A program made the translations under genes and the position numbers. The notes under the pieces were generated by a model that did not search any database, was not told the origin of the DNA, and saw only the letters and a list, made by a program, of their open reading frames with translations. 64,000 nt of DNA from an uncultured Bacilli bacterium (lineage in GTDB: Bacteria > Bacillota_I > Bacilli_A > RF39 > UBA660): assembly GCA_934153945.1 (NCBI GenBank), contig CAKPFM010000003.1, forward strand, positions 3,831 to 67,830. Direction: 5' to 3'. Of the stretch, positions 1-9,893 are shown piece by piece (within the stretch, counting starts at the first letter, position 1; every line of letters starts with the position of its first letter).

Positions 1-1001
1 TCTTGAAGACTAATTAGTTCTTGTACTGTGCCTTTTCCATAACTATTTTCTCCAATAATAGTTGCTCCATATTCTTCTTTTAAAGCAGCACTTAATAATT
101 CTGATGCAGAAGCACTTCCATTATTTTGTAAAACAGCTATTGGATATGTTTTAGTTGTGTTTCCTTTTGAATAGTATTTAGTTACTTCTCCCTTATTTTC
201 TATTTGATATATTATTTTAGATGAATCTAATAAGCAAGATAGCATGTCTACAACACTAGTTAAGTGTCCACCTGTATTGCTTCTTACATCTATAATTAAT
301 GAATTAATTCCTTCTTTTTCTAGTTCTTCTATAGCGTTTTTGAATTGCGTAGATGTATTGCTTGCAAATATAGATATATATACATATCCAATTTTTTGAT
401 TATCAATATTCTTGATTTCTGAATATACTGATTTTATTTCTATTGTTTCTCTTGTTAGTTCAAAAGTTTCTTCTTTATTATCTCTTTCAACTTTTATTAT
501 ATATTTTTCTTTATTACTTTCTTTTATATAGTTAGTTAATTCAGTTGTCTTTTTACCTGTAAATTCAATTTCATCTATACTTATTATTTTATCAAGTACT
601 TTCAATCCTGCCTTTTCTGCTGGTGAACCCTCGATAACATCTGATATGTATATATTGTATAATTGATCATTTACTATTTCTATTCCTAATCCACTATAGC
701 TTCCAGTTAGTTTTATATTAAAGTTATTACTCATATCATCAGTTATGGCAATTGAATAGTCATCTCCAAGTGAATTTACCATACCTTCGATAGCGCCTTT
801 TATAAGTTTTGCTTTATCTACTTCCTCATAGTAATTATCTATTATATATTGATAGTTTTGTTCAAATTCTGTTAAATTTTCATCTATGGGTTGTTCTAAA
901 CTTTTTTTATCAATATTTATAGAATTACCTATTGCTAAACTTATAAGACATGTAACTATTAGTAAAAATATTACTTCTTTACTGTTAAAATTTTTTTTCA
1001 T
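1..1001 (-). CDS. S41-family C-terminal processing peptidase (CtpA/CtpB-like); C-terminal part runs off the left edge
   Basis: My own reverse-complement translation from the ATG at 999-1001 (GGTG RBS upstream) gives MKKNFNSKEVIFLLIV... with a PDZ-like region and S41 motifs (NGSASASE, GxxSYGKGTVQ). It is not in the ORF track because the ORF is truncated by the window edge. Confidence 0.7.
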   Translation of the reverse strand, partial: MKKNFNSKEVIFLLIVTCLISLAIGNSINIDKKSLEQPIDENLTEFEQNYQYIIDNYYEEVDKAKLIKGAIEGMVNSLGDDYSIAITDDMSNNFNIKLTGSYSGLGIEIVNDQLYNIYISDVIEGSPAEKAGLKVLDKIISIDEIEFTGKKTTELTNYIKESNKEKYIIKVERDNKEETFELTRETIEIKSVYSEIKNIDNQKIGYVYISIFASNTSTQFKNAIEELEKEGINSLIIDVRSNTGGHLTSVVDMLSCLLDSSKIIYQIENKGEVTKYYSKGNTTKTYPIAVLQNNGSASASELLSAALKEEYGATIIGENSYGKGTVQELISLQ

Positions 1002-1009
1002 ATTTTCAC

Positions 1010-1462
1010 CTATCCTAATTTTTTCTGAATTTCTTCTGTTCCTTCTACATATTCAACAAGTTGTTTATTTTTGATTTTTATTAATGTTGATTTGCTAAAT
1101 ATAGGATATTTATTATCAAAGTTACTTTCTTCCCCTATATATTTACTATTAAATCCATTATTTAAATCTGATATATATAATTTTATTTTATCTGTTTTAG
1201 CATTATATGTTGTTACTGTATTACTTAGAGTTAAATAATCACTATTAAATTCTACTAATACATAATATTCATCTTCTTTTTGATCATATATGTTTCCTAC
1301 TAATATTTCATCATATTGAATATCAACATTATCTGTTGATGTATCTGTTTCAGTTTTTTTATTTTTTGTTATTATAACTGTTAATCCATAAAAAACAAAT
1401 ACTACTATTACTATTATTATTATCATTTTTATTAAACTTGCTAAATTATATTCTTCATTCAT
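1010..1462 (-). CDS. hypothetical membrane-anchored protein (150 aa)
   Basis: ORF with an N-terminal hydrophobic helix. Packed tightly with the neighbouring minus-strand genes. No recognisable domain. Confidence 0.45.
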   Translation of the reverse strand: MNEEYNLASLIKMIIIIVIVVFVFYGLTVIITKNKKTETDTSTDNVDIQYDEILVGNIYDQKEDEYYVLVEFNSDYLTLSNTVTTYNAKTDKIKLYISDLNNGFNSKYIGEESNFDNKYPIFSKSTLIKIKNKQLVEYVEGTEEIQKKLG

Positions 1463-1532
1463 GTATAATCACCTTTCTTTTATCAGATAATATTATTATA
1501 ACATTTATCAAAGAAAAAAAATAGATATAAAT

Positions 1533-2519
1533 CTATTTTCCAACAGGAAGAACACTTATTGAGTTTACTACTTCTAATAATTGTTTTTGATCTAGTACTT
1601 CTGAAACAGCATAATATTCAATTCCATTACTTATAAAACTTGCTGAGTTTGTTGTGATGCTTCCTATTGTATCTAATAGGATTTCTGGATCTCCATATAC
1701 CATAGTCATTTCATATTCATCAGTTACATCTACAGTTTGTTCAATTAAAGTAAATGGATTTTCACCAGCAAATGTTAATATTATACGTTCTCCATTGTCT
1801 AAATTAACAGTATCTTGACTTTTTAAATAAGTATTTTCTGGCATATACATTGGATATATTACGTCTTCAATTTCTTTTATAGTTGTTTCTGTTTCTACAT
1901 TTTTCATATTTTTATTTAAATCAAAATAGTCATCTTTATATGTAGCTGATAAATCTATTTTATCAAATTTCATTTTCATTTTTACTATATTATTGTTATT
2001 TAATATTTCTACTTCTGTTATATTAGCATTTTTATCAGTATATATATATTGTTTTACTAAATTATGATTATTAGCATAGTTTACTCCTGTTGTTATCTTA
2101 TATCCATTTTCTATTTCTTCTACAATTTTTTCTTCATCGTTTTTAATATCTTTTATTAATGTTTGTAATAGATATATTTGTGAATTATTGTATGGCCAAT
2201 CACTTTGAAATTTAAAACTTTTGTTTAATGATGGTGTAAGTAAATATACTCCATCAGCGTTTTTTAGTATAATTTGTTCATGATTATTTGTTTTATTTAT
2301 TAAATCCACCTTAAAATTGTCTTCTTTTTTATATGAAACTTCTACATCATATAAATAACTATCTTCATTATTTATTATTTCCAATTCTCCTTTTATATAA
2401 TAACTATTTATGCCATCTACTTTTTTTGATAATTCTTTTACTACATCACTCTTTCCTTTGTTAAAGCATCCTGTCATAAAGAATACTGTCAAAAATAGGA
2501 TTATTAATTTTTTTTTCAC
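1533..2519 (-). CDS. putative lipoprotein (328 aa)
   Basis: N-terminus MKKKLIILFLTVFFMTGCF has a lipobox with Cys. RBS-like GGTGAG upstream. Confidence 0.55.
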   Translation of the reverse strand: MKKKLIILFLTVFFMTGCFNKGKSDVVKELSKKVDGINSYYIKGELEIINNEDSYLYDVEVSYKKEDNFKVDLINKTNNHEQIILKNADGVYLLTPSLNKSFKFQSDWPYNNSQIYLLQTLIKDIKNDEEKIVEEIENGYKITTGVNYANNHNLVKQYIYTDKNANITEVEILNNNNIVKMKMKFDKIDLSATYKDDYFDLNKNMKNVETETTIKEIEDVIYPMYMPENTYLKSQDTVNLDNGERIILTFAGENPFTLIEQTVDVTDEYEMTMVYGDPEILLDTIGSITTNSASFISNGIEYYAVSEVLDQKQLLEVVNSISVLPVGK

Positions 2520-2622
2520 TTTCTCACCTCATATATATTTCACTTAATTATACGGTTTTTTTATTGCTTTATGAATAATTTTTATCTTTTTGTTTATCTT
2601 ATTAATAGAGAAAGGAGTATTT

Positions 2623-2820
2623 ATGGAAACATTACAAAAAGTGGCACTAGTATTTACTATTATTGGTGGTATTATTTGGGGAATTATTGGTTTATTCAAT
2701 TTTAATCCTTTAGAAGCATTATTTAGTAATATGCTTATTATACCTAGAATTATTTATATTATTGTTGGTATATGTGCTTTAATTAATATTGGTATTTTAT
2801 TTAATGATATAGAAAAATAA
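2623..2820 (+). CDS. DUF378-family small membrane protein
   Basis: METLQKVALVFTIIGGIIWGIIGLFNFNPLEALFS matches the DUF378 (YuiB-like) pattern. AAAGGAG RBS 8 nt upstream of the ATG at 2623. The track's start at 2590 is probably too far upstream. Confidence 0.6.
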   Translation: METLQKVALVFTIIGGIIWGIIGLFNFNPLEALFSNMLIIPRIIYIIVGICALINIGILFNDIEK

Positions 2821-2837
2821 CTTTACATTATGTAAAG

Positions 2838-4211
2838 TTATTTTTTTGCTATTCTAATTTTTACCTTTTTCATTTTTGAAGTATATGTTACTCTTGAGTC
2901 AGCACCTTCAGCTATTACATCTACTTCATGTTCTCCTTCAGTTAATCCAGATAAATCAATGTATGCATTAATGTCTGTTGATTTTATTTCATCTATTACA
3001 TTTTTTACACCTTTAACATTTACTGTTACACTAGCATTTGATTCATCTGCTATTACTTTATAATTTTCTCTATCTAAGTTTTTAGTTGTTATAACTACAT
3101 CAGATATATCTTTTGAAGATATTTCTCCTAAACTTACATTTACAGTTAAATTATTTACTGATAATGAACTTATTCCAACAGGTTTACTTAGTTCTACTTT
3201 ATATTCTTTATTTTCTTTTAATCCTGTTACATCGATTTCAACTGGTATAGATGTAAGGCTATTTAATACGGCTTCATCACCATAAGCTGTTACTTTTGTT
3301 TCACTTGCATTCATTGAGCTAATTGCTAATCCAAATGACACTTCACCTTTTGGTATAACTTTAATAGCTAATTCTTTACTTGGAGATGTAATTTCTAATT
3401 CTACATCTATTTTTTGTGGAACTATTTCAACATCTACCACATTACCTGATTCATCATAAGCAACTAGTGGTACATCTTTTATTGTTGTCGTTCCTACTGT
3501 TTGTGTTATTATATCATTTATATTTACTAATGCTTTTACAATAGCAACTTTTTCCAATACTTTTTCTGAACCTTTAATAACAACTTTGTCAGTATCATAT
3601 TTAATATCTTTAATTGTTAATGTTGGATCTAGTTTATCTTTATTTATTAAATCTACAGATAAAGTTCTTGTTTCAGATACTTTTGGCGATATTATAACAG
3701 TTGCTACACTTGGATTTACCATATATTCTATATTACCAGCATTTTGTGAATATGTAATATTTACCTTATGAGTTCCAGGTTTTAATCCACTTAAATCTAC
3801 TGTTACTTTTTGTGAAGAAGATTGTTTAGCTATATACAAATCTGTTTTACTTCCTATTAAAGTAATATCAACAGTACTTGGTAATCCTTCTATTACATAT
3901 GCTTCTTCATTATATATAACATCAACTTTTTGATTTTTTAATACTTCTGCTGTATTGTCATTAAAAACTAATATTTTTTGATCTATTACTATAAATAGTA
4001 GTATAGATAAGAATAATGATATAAATAGTAGAGTATTTGTTTTTGTTAACCAATTTTCTATTCTACGACCTGATCTATCAAATCTTGATGTAATTAATAC
4101 AATTAGTTTTGTAATTGGAACTATTATTTTTCTATCTATAATTTTAACAAGATTTTTGAAAAATATTTTAATTGCTTTCATTGTTTTCTTCATTTGTTTC
4201 TTCCTCCTCAT
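2838..4211 (-). CDS. cdaR: CdaR (YbbR-like) regulator of diadenylate cyclase
   Basis: N-terminal TM followed by a long beta-rich repeated extracellular region. Sits immediately downstream of cdaA and overlaps it, which is the conserved cdaA-cdaR arrangement. Confidence 0.7.
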   Translation of the reverse strand: MRRKKQMKKTMKAIKIFFKNLVKIIDRKIIVPITKLIVLITSRFDRSGRRIENWLTKTNTLLFISLFLSILLFIVIDQKILVFNDNTAEVLKNQKVDVIYNEEAYVIEGLPSTVDITLIGSKTDLYIAKQSSSQKVTVDLSGLKPGTHKVNITYSQNAGNIEYMVNPSVATVIISPKVSETRTLSVDLINKDKLDPTLTIKDIKYDTDKVVIKGSEKVLEKVAIVKALVNINDIITQTVGTTTIKDVPLVAYDESGNVVDVEIVPQKIDVELEITSPSKELAIKVIPKGEVSFGLAISSMNASETKVTAYGDEAVLNSLTSIPVEIDVTGLKENKEYKVELSKPVGISSLSVNNLTVNVSLGEISSKDISDVVITTKNLDRENYKVIADESNASVTVNVKGVKNVIDEIKSTDINAYIDLSGLTEGEHEVDVIAEGADSRVTYTSKMKKVKIRIAKK

Positions 4212-4992
4212 CTATTATGATAGATTTTTTAGGACGTAGTTCTTCTAATAAAGTCATTTTTACTTCATCTAGTGTTAAATTATAGTTTAATTCACCATTG
4301 ATTGCTATTGATAGTCTACCTGTTTCTTCTGATACAACTAAAGCAATACAATCTCCTGTTTCTGAAATTCCTAATGCTGCTCTATGTCTTGTTCCTAATC
4401 TTTTACTTATTTTTAAATTATCACTTGTTGGAAATACTGCTCCAGCACTAGTTATTTTATCACCTTGAATTATTACACCACCATCATGTAATGGATTATT
4501 TGGGAAAAATATTGATACTAACAAATCTGATGATATATCAGCATATATTTTTTTTGATCTTTCAATGTAATCACTCAAACTATTATCTCTTTCAATTACC
4601 ATTAAAGCTCCTATTCTTTCCTTTTTTAGAACTTCCATAGCATTTACTATTTCATATACAACCTTTTCTCTTTCATCTACTGTTAATACCTTATGTCTTC
4701 CAAGTAGTTGACTTCTTCCTAAGTATTCTAGTACATTTCTAATTTCTGGTTGAAATATTACGATTAGAGCAAGTGGTCCCCATGTTATTACATAATCAAG
4801 TAAATAACCAACTGTTACTAAGTCAAATATATCACTTATAATCTTTAATGCAACTAGTATTAGAATTCCTTTAAATATTAATACCATTTTTACATTTTTT
4901 CTTAAATTTTTTAATATATAATATAATACTAACCAAACTAGTAGTACATCTAATAATTTTGTAAATAGACTAATTATACTATCAAATGTCAT
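4168..4992 (-). CDS. cdaA: diadenylate cyclase CdaA (c-di-AMP synthase)
   Basis: Three N-terminal TM helices plus a DAC domain with the DGA and RHRAA motifs (LHDGGVI...TRHRAALGISETGD). Confidence 0.9.
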   Translation of the reverse strand: MTFDSIISLFTKLLDVLLVWLVLYYILKNLRKNVKMVLIFKGILILVALKIISDIFDLVTVGYLLDYVITWGPLALIVIFQPEIRNVLEYLGRSQLLGRHKVLTVDEREKVVYEIVNAMEVLKKERIGALMVIERDNSLSDYIERSKKIYADISSDLLVSIFFPNNPLHDGGVIIQGDKITSAGAVFPTSDNLKISKRLGTRHRAALGISETGDCIALVVSEETGRLSIAINGELNYNLTLDEVKMTLLEELRPKKSIIIDEEEETNEENNESN

Positions 4993-5102
4993 AAATTACC
5001 TCCATATTCTATGATTGATTATATCATATATAGTTAGTTTTTTAAATAGATTGAATTATTTTTTTATTTTGAAAATTAAAAAAGCATTATTTTATAATGC
5101 CT

Positions 5103-5867
5103 TTATACGCCAATTTTATTTCCTTCTAATTTTAATTTATCTGCTATTGTAACAATAAATTCTGAATTAGTTGGCTTTGCTTTATCTATATCAACGCTAT
5201 GTCCAAATATTTCTTCCATCAAATAATAATTACCTCTATTCCAACTTACTTCAATTGCATGTCTTATTGCTCTTTCTACTCTAGATACAGTTGTATCAAA
5301 TTTATTAGCTAATTCTGGATATAATTCTTTTGTTATACCACCTATTATTTCTGGTCTTTCATATATAATTCCTATTGCTTCTCTTATATATTGATAACCT
5401 TTTATATGTGAAGGTATTCCTAATTCATGCAATACTTTTGTAATTGATAATTGTAAATTACTATATGTAAAGTCGATATTTTTATTTTGAACACTTTTAG
5501 TTGCTACATCTTTTATTCTTTTTTCCACATCTTTTAGATCAAATGGTTTTAAAATAAAATAATTTACACCAAATTCTGAAACTTGTCTAATTACATCACT
5601 AGCATTATAACTAGTTTCTACTATGACATTTTTATTTATATTTTTTTCTCTCATTTGTTCTAATACATAGATTCCATCTTTCTTTGGCATTATTAAATCC
5701 AATAATATTAAATCAATGTCATCTATATTTTCTTCTAATAAGGCTAAACCTTCTTCTCCATTGTAAGCCTCATATTTAATATTGATACTACTACCAGCAA
5801 AATACTCTTTTATCATATTGATTAATGCTGCATTGTCATCAATCATTAGTACCTTGATATTTTCCAT
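5103..5867 (-). CDS. spo0A: sporulation master regulator Spo0A
   Basis: Receiver domain (MIDDN...LLDLIMP) plus the Spo0A-specific C-terminal DNA-binding domain ([18 protein letters not shown]). Confidence 0.9.
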   Translation of the reverse strand: MENIKVLMIDDNAALINMIKEYFAGSSINIKYEAYNGEEGLALLEENIDDIDLILLDLIMPKKDGIYVLEQMREKNINKNVIVETSYNASDVIRQVSEFGVNYFILKPFDLKDVEKRIKDVATKSVQNKNIDFTYSNLQLSITKVLHELGIPSHIKGYQYIREAIGIIYERPEIIGGITKELYPELANKFDTTVSRVERAIRHAIEVSWNRGNYYLMEEIFGHSVDIDKAKPTNSEFIVTIADKLKLEGNKIGV

Positions 5868-5953
5868 ACTTTATTCCTTTCCTTCGTAGTACTGCTATGC
5901 TGTTATTATATCTCATTTTTGTAATAATTACTAGAGCACATATTGTAAAATTT

Positions 5954-5960
5954 TGTCGAA
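5954..5960 (+). promoter_or_regulatory. candidate 0A box (TGTCGAA) in the spo0A upstream region
   Basis: Exact TGTCGAA heptamer, 87-93 nt upstream of the spo0A start codon. Spo0A autoregulation through 0A boxes is established in Bacillus and Clostridium. Confidence 0.3.
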
Positions 5961-5998
5961 TATGAATTTTTTTCTTATATATAAAGAAAAAAACAATA

Positions 5999-6922
5999 TT
6001 ATTTAATACTGTTAATTTCTTTTATTGTCATACCACTAATTTCTGATATTGTATTTACATCAATATTCTTTTTCAACATATTTATTACCATTTGCTTTTT
6101 ACCATCAAGAATCCCATCATTAAATCCATCATTAAATCCATCATTAAATCCATTGTTAAATCCATCATTGTATCCTTCTTCTCTTGCTTCATAAATATAT
6201 GTGTTTTGTTCCATTTCACTTCTTGGTAAAGCTGTGTATAAAAATATGTTTTCTTCATCATCACTAAATTCATTCATTTCTTCTAGTAATTTCTCTTTAC
6301 TTTCTTTTTCCATTAAATCATCACCCATTATCATTCTTATTTCTTCTTCACTTGTTGATGTTAATATCTTACACCATCTTGTTAGCTTTGTTTCATCTTT
6401 AGTATAACATATTTCTTTTGCTTTTACCATATCTACTGTATCTATTCTTAGTTTTTTACTTAGTATTTTTCCTTTTTCATTTCTTAAATAATAACTTTCT
6501 CTTATTTCTTCATTACATCTAAAGTTATTTAAATTTATTTGTATTGTTTCATTTATATGACTGTAGTCTCTATCTCCTTTTTTTAATTGTTTTGAATGTA
6601 TATTACACACATATACTACATTTCTATCTATTGTTCCTTGTGATACTTTATTTGATAGTTCTATATTTATTTTTTTCCCTCTATAATTTAACAATAAATC
6701 TACTTCTTTTTTTGATTCTTTTTTATTTTCTTTTTTTAAATCCCTATTTAGTAGTTTTAAATTTCCTTTTATTTCTTTTAATGGTATTTCTAGATATGTT
6801 GATATAAAGTTCTCTAGTATTATTATATTTTCTTCCTTATTGAATATTGATGTAAATGCTAGATCATAGTTTAGTGGTATTAATTCGGTTTTTAACATAT
6901 TTTCCTCCTCACTATATAACAT
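5999..6922 (-). CDS. Rpn-family recombination-promoting nuclease/putative transposase (PD-(D/E)XK, YhgA-like)
   Basis: N-terminal pattern D.AF..IF...L..F....L...K-DLLL....INIE.S matches the PDDEXK_1 family. The C-terminal GFND x4 glycine repeat tail is typical of the family. Confidence 0.65.
   Translation of the reverse strand: MLYSEEENMLKTELIPLNYDLAFTSIFNKEENIIILENFISTYLEIPLKEIKGNLKLLNRDLKKENKKESKKEVDLLLNYRGKKINIELSNKVSQGTIDRNVVYVCNIHSKQLKKGDRDYSHINETIQINLNNFRCNEEIRESYYLRNEKGKILSKKLRIDTVDMVKAKEICYTKDETKLTRWCKILTSTSEEEIRMIMGDDLMEKESKEKLLEEMNEFSDDEENIFLYTALPRSEMEQNTYIYEAREEGYNDGFNNGFNDGFNDGFNDGILDGKKQMVINMLKKNIDVNTISEISGMTIKEINSIK
6109..6168. repeat. 12-nt tandem repeat, about 5 copies, encoding (GFND)n in the Rpn-like gene
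   Basis: Direct repeats taaatccatcat x4-5 are visible in the sequence. They are in frame (multiples of 3). Confidence 0.7.
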
Positions 6923-6969
6923 AGTGGGATTTTTTTAAATCACCTGAAATAATTAAAAAAAAATACATT

Positions 6970-7677
6970 TTATTGTATTTTCTCTATTATTTTTAATAGT
7001 TGCTTTGGATTTAATGATGATTTACCTACAATAACTCCATTTATATTTGGTATTTTTCTAATAATTTCTATATTATTTTCATCTATACTACCACCATATA
7101 AAACTTTTACATCCTGTTTATTTAATTCATATACAACCTCTTTTATATAAGTTATAGTATCTTTTATATCTTGATTATTAGGAATATTACCACTACCTAT
7201 TGCCCATATAGGTTCATATGCTATAAAAAGATTGTTTATATTATTAATATTTCTTAAATCATTATTCAATTGTTTTTGTAGTACTCTAGTTGTTTTTAAC
7301 ATATTTTTTTCTTCTAGTGTTTCACCAATACACAAAATTACTTTTAATCCTGTATTTAAACATTCGGTGATTGTTTTATTTATTTCTAAATCACTTTCAT
7401 TAAATTTAATTCTTCTATCACTATGGCCAACAATAACATATTTTACTCCAAGACCATATGCTTGTTTTGGGGTAATTTCACCTGTATATAAATTACCATC
7501 ATAATATATATTTTGTAGTCCAACTGAATAATTATGTTTTAAAAAATATGGTATATATAATTCAGATGGACAAATTACTAAATTTGATTTACATGATTCA
7601 ATTTCAGTTAAATATGGCGCTATATCTTTTGGTAATAGGTTACCTTTTAAATTAGCAACTATTAAAAAATCATTCAT
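6970..7677 (-). CDS. tpiA: triosephosphate isomerase
   Basis: TIM motifs (AYEPIWAIGSG, GGS...). I prefer the internal ATG at 7675-7677, which has a GAGGG RBS and starts right after the glycosyltransferase stop. The track ORF begins upstream inside the glycosyltransferase gene. Confidence 0.9.
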   Translation of the reverse strand: MNDFLIVANLKGNLLPKDIAPYLTEIESCKSNLVICPSELYIPYFLKHNYSVGLQNIYYDGNLYTGEITPKQAYGLGVKYVIVGHSDRRIKFNESDLEINKTITECLNTGLKVILCIGETLEEKNMLKTTRVLQKQLNNDLRNINNINNLFIAYEPIWAIGSGNIPNNQDIKDTITYIKEVVYELNKQDVKVLYGGSIDENNIEIIRKIPNINGVIVGKSSLNPKQLLKIIEKIQ

Positions 7678-7678
7678 A

Positions 7679-8896
7679 TTAATCCCTCTTTGTTCTTTTA
7701 AATATTCTTTCAAATATTGATTTTTTCTTTTTCTTTGACATTGCTGATTTATAAACATCTAATATTTTTTCAGCATAGTATTTTAATGAGTGTTCATTAG
7801 CTGTTATTTTAGCTTGTGCTTTCATTTTATCATAAATTTCTTGATTTTCTATTAAAGTACTTATTTTTTTTAGATAATCATTTTTTTTATTAAATAAATA
7901 GCCATTTAATCCATCAATTACTGTATTTGAAAAACTTTCATCATTAATAGCAACTACTGGAATTCCTGATGCCATAGCCTCTATTACTGTTAATCCTTGT
8001 GTCTCTGTGGTACTTGCTGTTACAAACACATTGCCTAAAGCATAATAATATGGCATATCATCTCTTGGTACGGCACCTGTAAAAATAGTTGAATTTTCTA
8101 TTTTATTTTTTTTACACAATTTTTTGTATTTTTCCATATCAGGTCCATTACCAACTATCAATAATTTTAAATTTGGATATTTTTTTAATAAACTATATTG
8201 ATTATTAATAATAAATTCTATATTTTTTTCTTCTGCAAGTCTTCCAACATATAGAATAACAAATGAATTGTTTAATTCATATTTATTTTTTAATTCTTGT
8301 ATTTTTGATTGTTTCAATTTATTGACATCAAAATTATCTATATCCATACCAGTTGGTACTATGTATATGTTTTTATCACATTTATATTTTTCTTTAAATA
8401 AATTATAAGTTTTTTTACTTGGTACTATTAATTCACTAGCAGTTTTATCACAATAAAATTTTGTAAAATATTCGACTAATTTTTTACTAGATTTATCAAA
8501 GTATCCATGTGTTATATAATGTACATAATCTTCATACATAGTATGATATGTATGTACTAGCGGTATTCCAAATTGCTTTGAAATAATTCTAGCAAATGTA
8601 CCAACTCCAAATTCTGTATGTGAATGTATTACATCTAAATTCCATTTTTTTATTTTATTTATTACACGAACTGGATAAATACCTGTTAATCTATAATCAT
8701 ATATTCCTGTAGGAATCCCAGGTATACGTATAGTCTTTCCATCATTTTCATATATATATTTCATATTTTTTGTATTTACAGTAACAATATAAACTTGGTG
8801 TCCTTTTTCTTTTAAGGCTTGTTCTAACATCTTAACGCTAGTAGATACACCATTTATATATGGTGGATATGTATCGGTAAATATTCCTATTCGCAT
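7679..8896 (-). CDS. GT4-family glycosyltransferase (glycolipid synthase-like)
   Basis: MRIGIFTDTYPPYINGVSTSV... N-terminus and a C-terminal E-x7-E region typical of GT-B/GT4 enzymes such as diacylglycerol glucosyltransferases. Confidence 0.75.
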   Translation of the reverse strand: MRIGIFTDTYPPYINGVSTSVKMLEQALKEKGHQVYIVTVNTKNMKYIYENDGKTIRIPGIPTGIYDYRLTGIYPVRVINKIKKWNLDVIHSHTEFGVGTFARIISKQFGIPLVHTYHTMYEDYVHYITHGYFDKSSKKLVEYFTKFYCDKTASELIVPSKKTYNLFKEKYKCDKNIYIVPTGMDIDNFDVNKLKQSKIQELKNKYELNNSFVILYVGRLAEEKNIEFIINNQYSLLKKYPNLKLLIVGNGPDMEKYKKLCKKNKIENSTIFTGAVPRDDMPYYYALGNVFVTASTTETQGLTVIEAMASGIPVVAINDESFSNTVIDGLNGYLFNKKNDYLKKISTLIENQEIYDKMKAQAKITANEHSLKYYAEKILDVYKSAMSKKKKKSIFERIFKRTKRD

Positions 8897-8897
8897 A

Positions 8898-9893
8898 TTA
8901 GTCCTTCTTTCTTAATCCTAAAATAATTGCACCTAATATCATTCCAAAATAATATGTTACAAATCTCCATATTAACATTATGGCATTAATTTTGGGTCCA
9001 GTTATAAAATTACCATAAAATGATATAAATCCATATTCTAATCCACCAGTTCCTCCTGGTATTGGTACAAATGCTCCTATTAACATAACATATGCACTTG
9101 TTACTATTACATTAACAATTGATATATTAAGTCCTACACCTTTAATTATAAAATATGGAACTAAATATAATAAAGATAATGATAATAATTGTAACAAAAT
9201 AAGCATTATAAATTTCTTTTTATTTTTTAATAAAATTTTTGCTCCATCATTAAAATCTGATAAATATTTTTCAAATTGATTTATTTTTTCTTCTTTGTTT
9301 TTTATTATTTTTAATTTGGATAATATATTTATTATAAAATTAATTACTACTTTATTTCCTTTTTTAAAATAAGTAATTGAAAATAATACAACTATTACTA
9401 GAAAATTTATAATAAATCCAATTAAAACTAGATTTTTTAGCAAGGTTATATCTGGATACAATTTAAATATATAGTTATAAGTTACAGCAAATATTCCAAG
9501 TAATACTAATGCTGTTTGATATATTATAAAATTTTGAATCGAAATATTAGCTGCATTTATAATGCTGATTCCATCTTTATTTAATCTATATATTTCATAT
9601 GGTTGTCCACCTGTAGCAAATGGAGTTATTGCGTGAAAAAAATTAGTTTCTAAACCCATTCTAAATGACTTCTTTAATGTATAATCTTTTTTAAAATTAT
9701 TTACAACTATTTTCATTATTATACTTTTTATAAATACATATAATATGAATACAATTATAGCTAATAAGAATAATAACAAATTCATATTTTTTATAGTATT
9801 TATTATTTCGATATAATCATTTTTTAGTGATAAATATAATACTAGTATAGTTATTACAATTAGAATTAAAAAATTAATTATGTTCTTTTTCAT
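8898..9893 (-). CDS. flippase-like / lysylphosphatidylglycerol-synthase TM-domain (UPF0104) membrane protein
   Basis: Polytopic protein of about 8 TM helices with the LPG_synthase_TM-like flippase-like pattern. Commonly paired with GT4 glycolipid synthases. Confidence 0.6.
   Translation of the reverse strand: MKKNIINFLILIVITILVLYLSLKNDYIEIINTIKNMNLLLFLLAIIVFILYVFIKSIIMKIVVNNFKKDYTLKKSFRMGLETNFFHAITPFATGGQPYEIYRLNKDGISIINAANISIQNFIIYQTALVLLGIFAVTYNYIFKLYPDITLLKNLVLIGFIINFLVIVVLFSITYFKKGNKVVINFIINILSKLKIIKNKEEKINQFEKYLSDFNDGAKILLKNKKKFIMLILLQLLSLSLLYLVPYFIIKGVGLNISIVNVIVTSAYVMLIGAFVPIPGGTGGLEYGFISFYGNFITGPKINAIMLIWRFVTYYFGMILGAIILGLRKKD

Noticed and set aside
886-1074. 62-aa plus-strand ORF at the left end
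   Set aside because: Overlaps the 5' end of the minus-strand S41 peptidase gene, which has a clear RBS and conserved motifs.
6544-6807. 87-aa and other short plus-strand ORFs (6085-6273, 6201-6407, 6544-6807) within 5999-6922
   Set aside because: All overlap the Rpn-like CDS on the opposite strand or out of frame. Hydrophobic low-complexity and no RBS.
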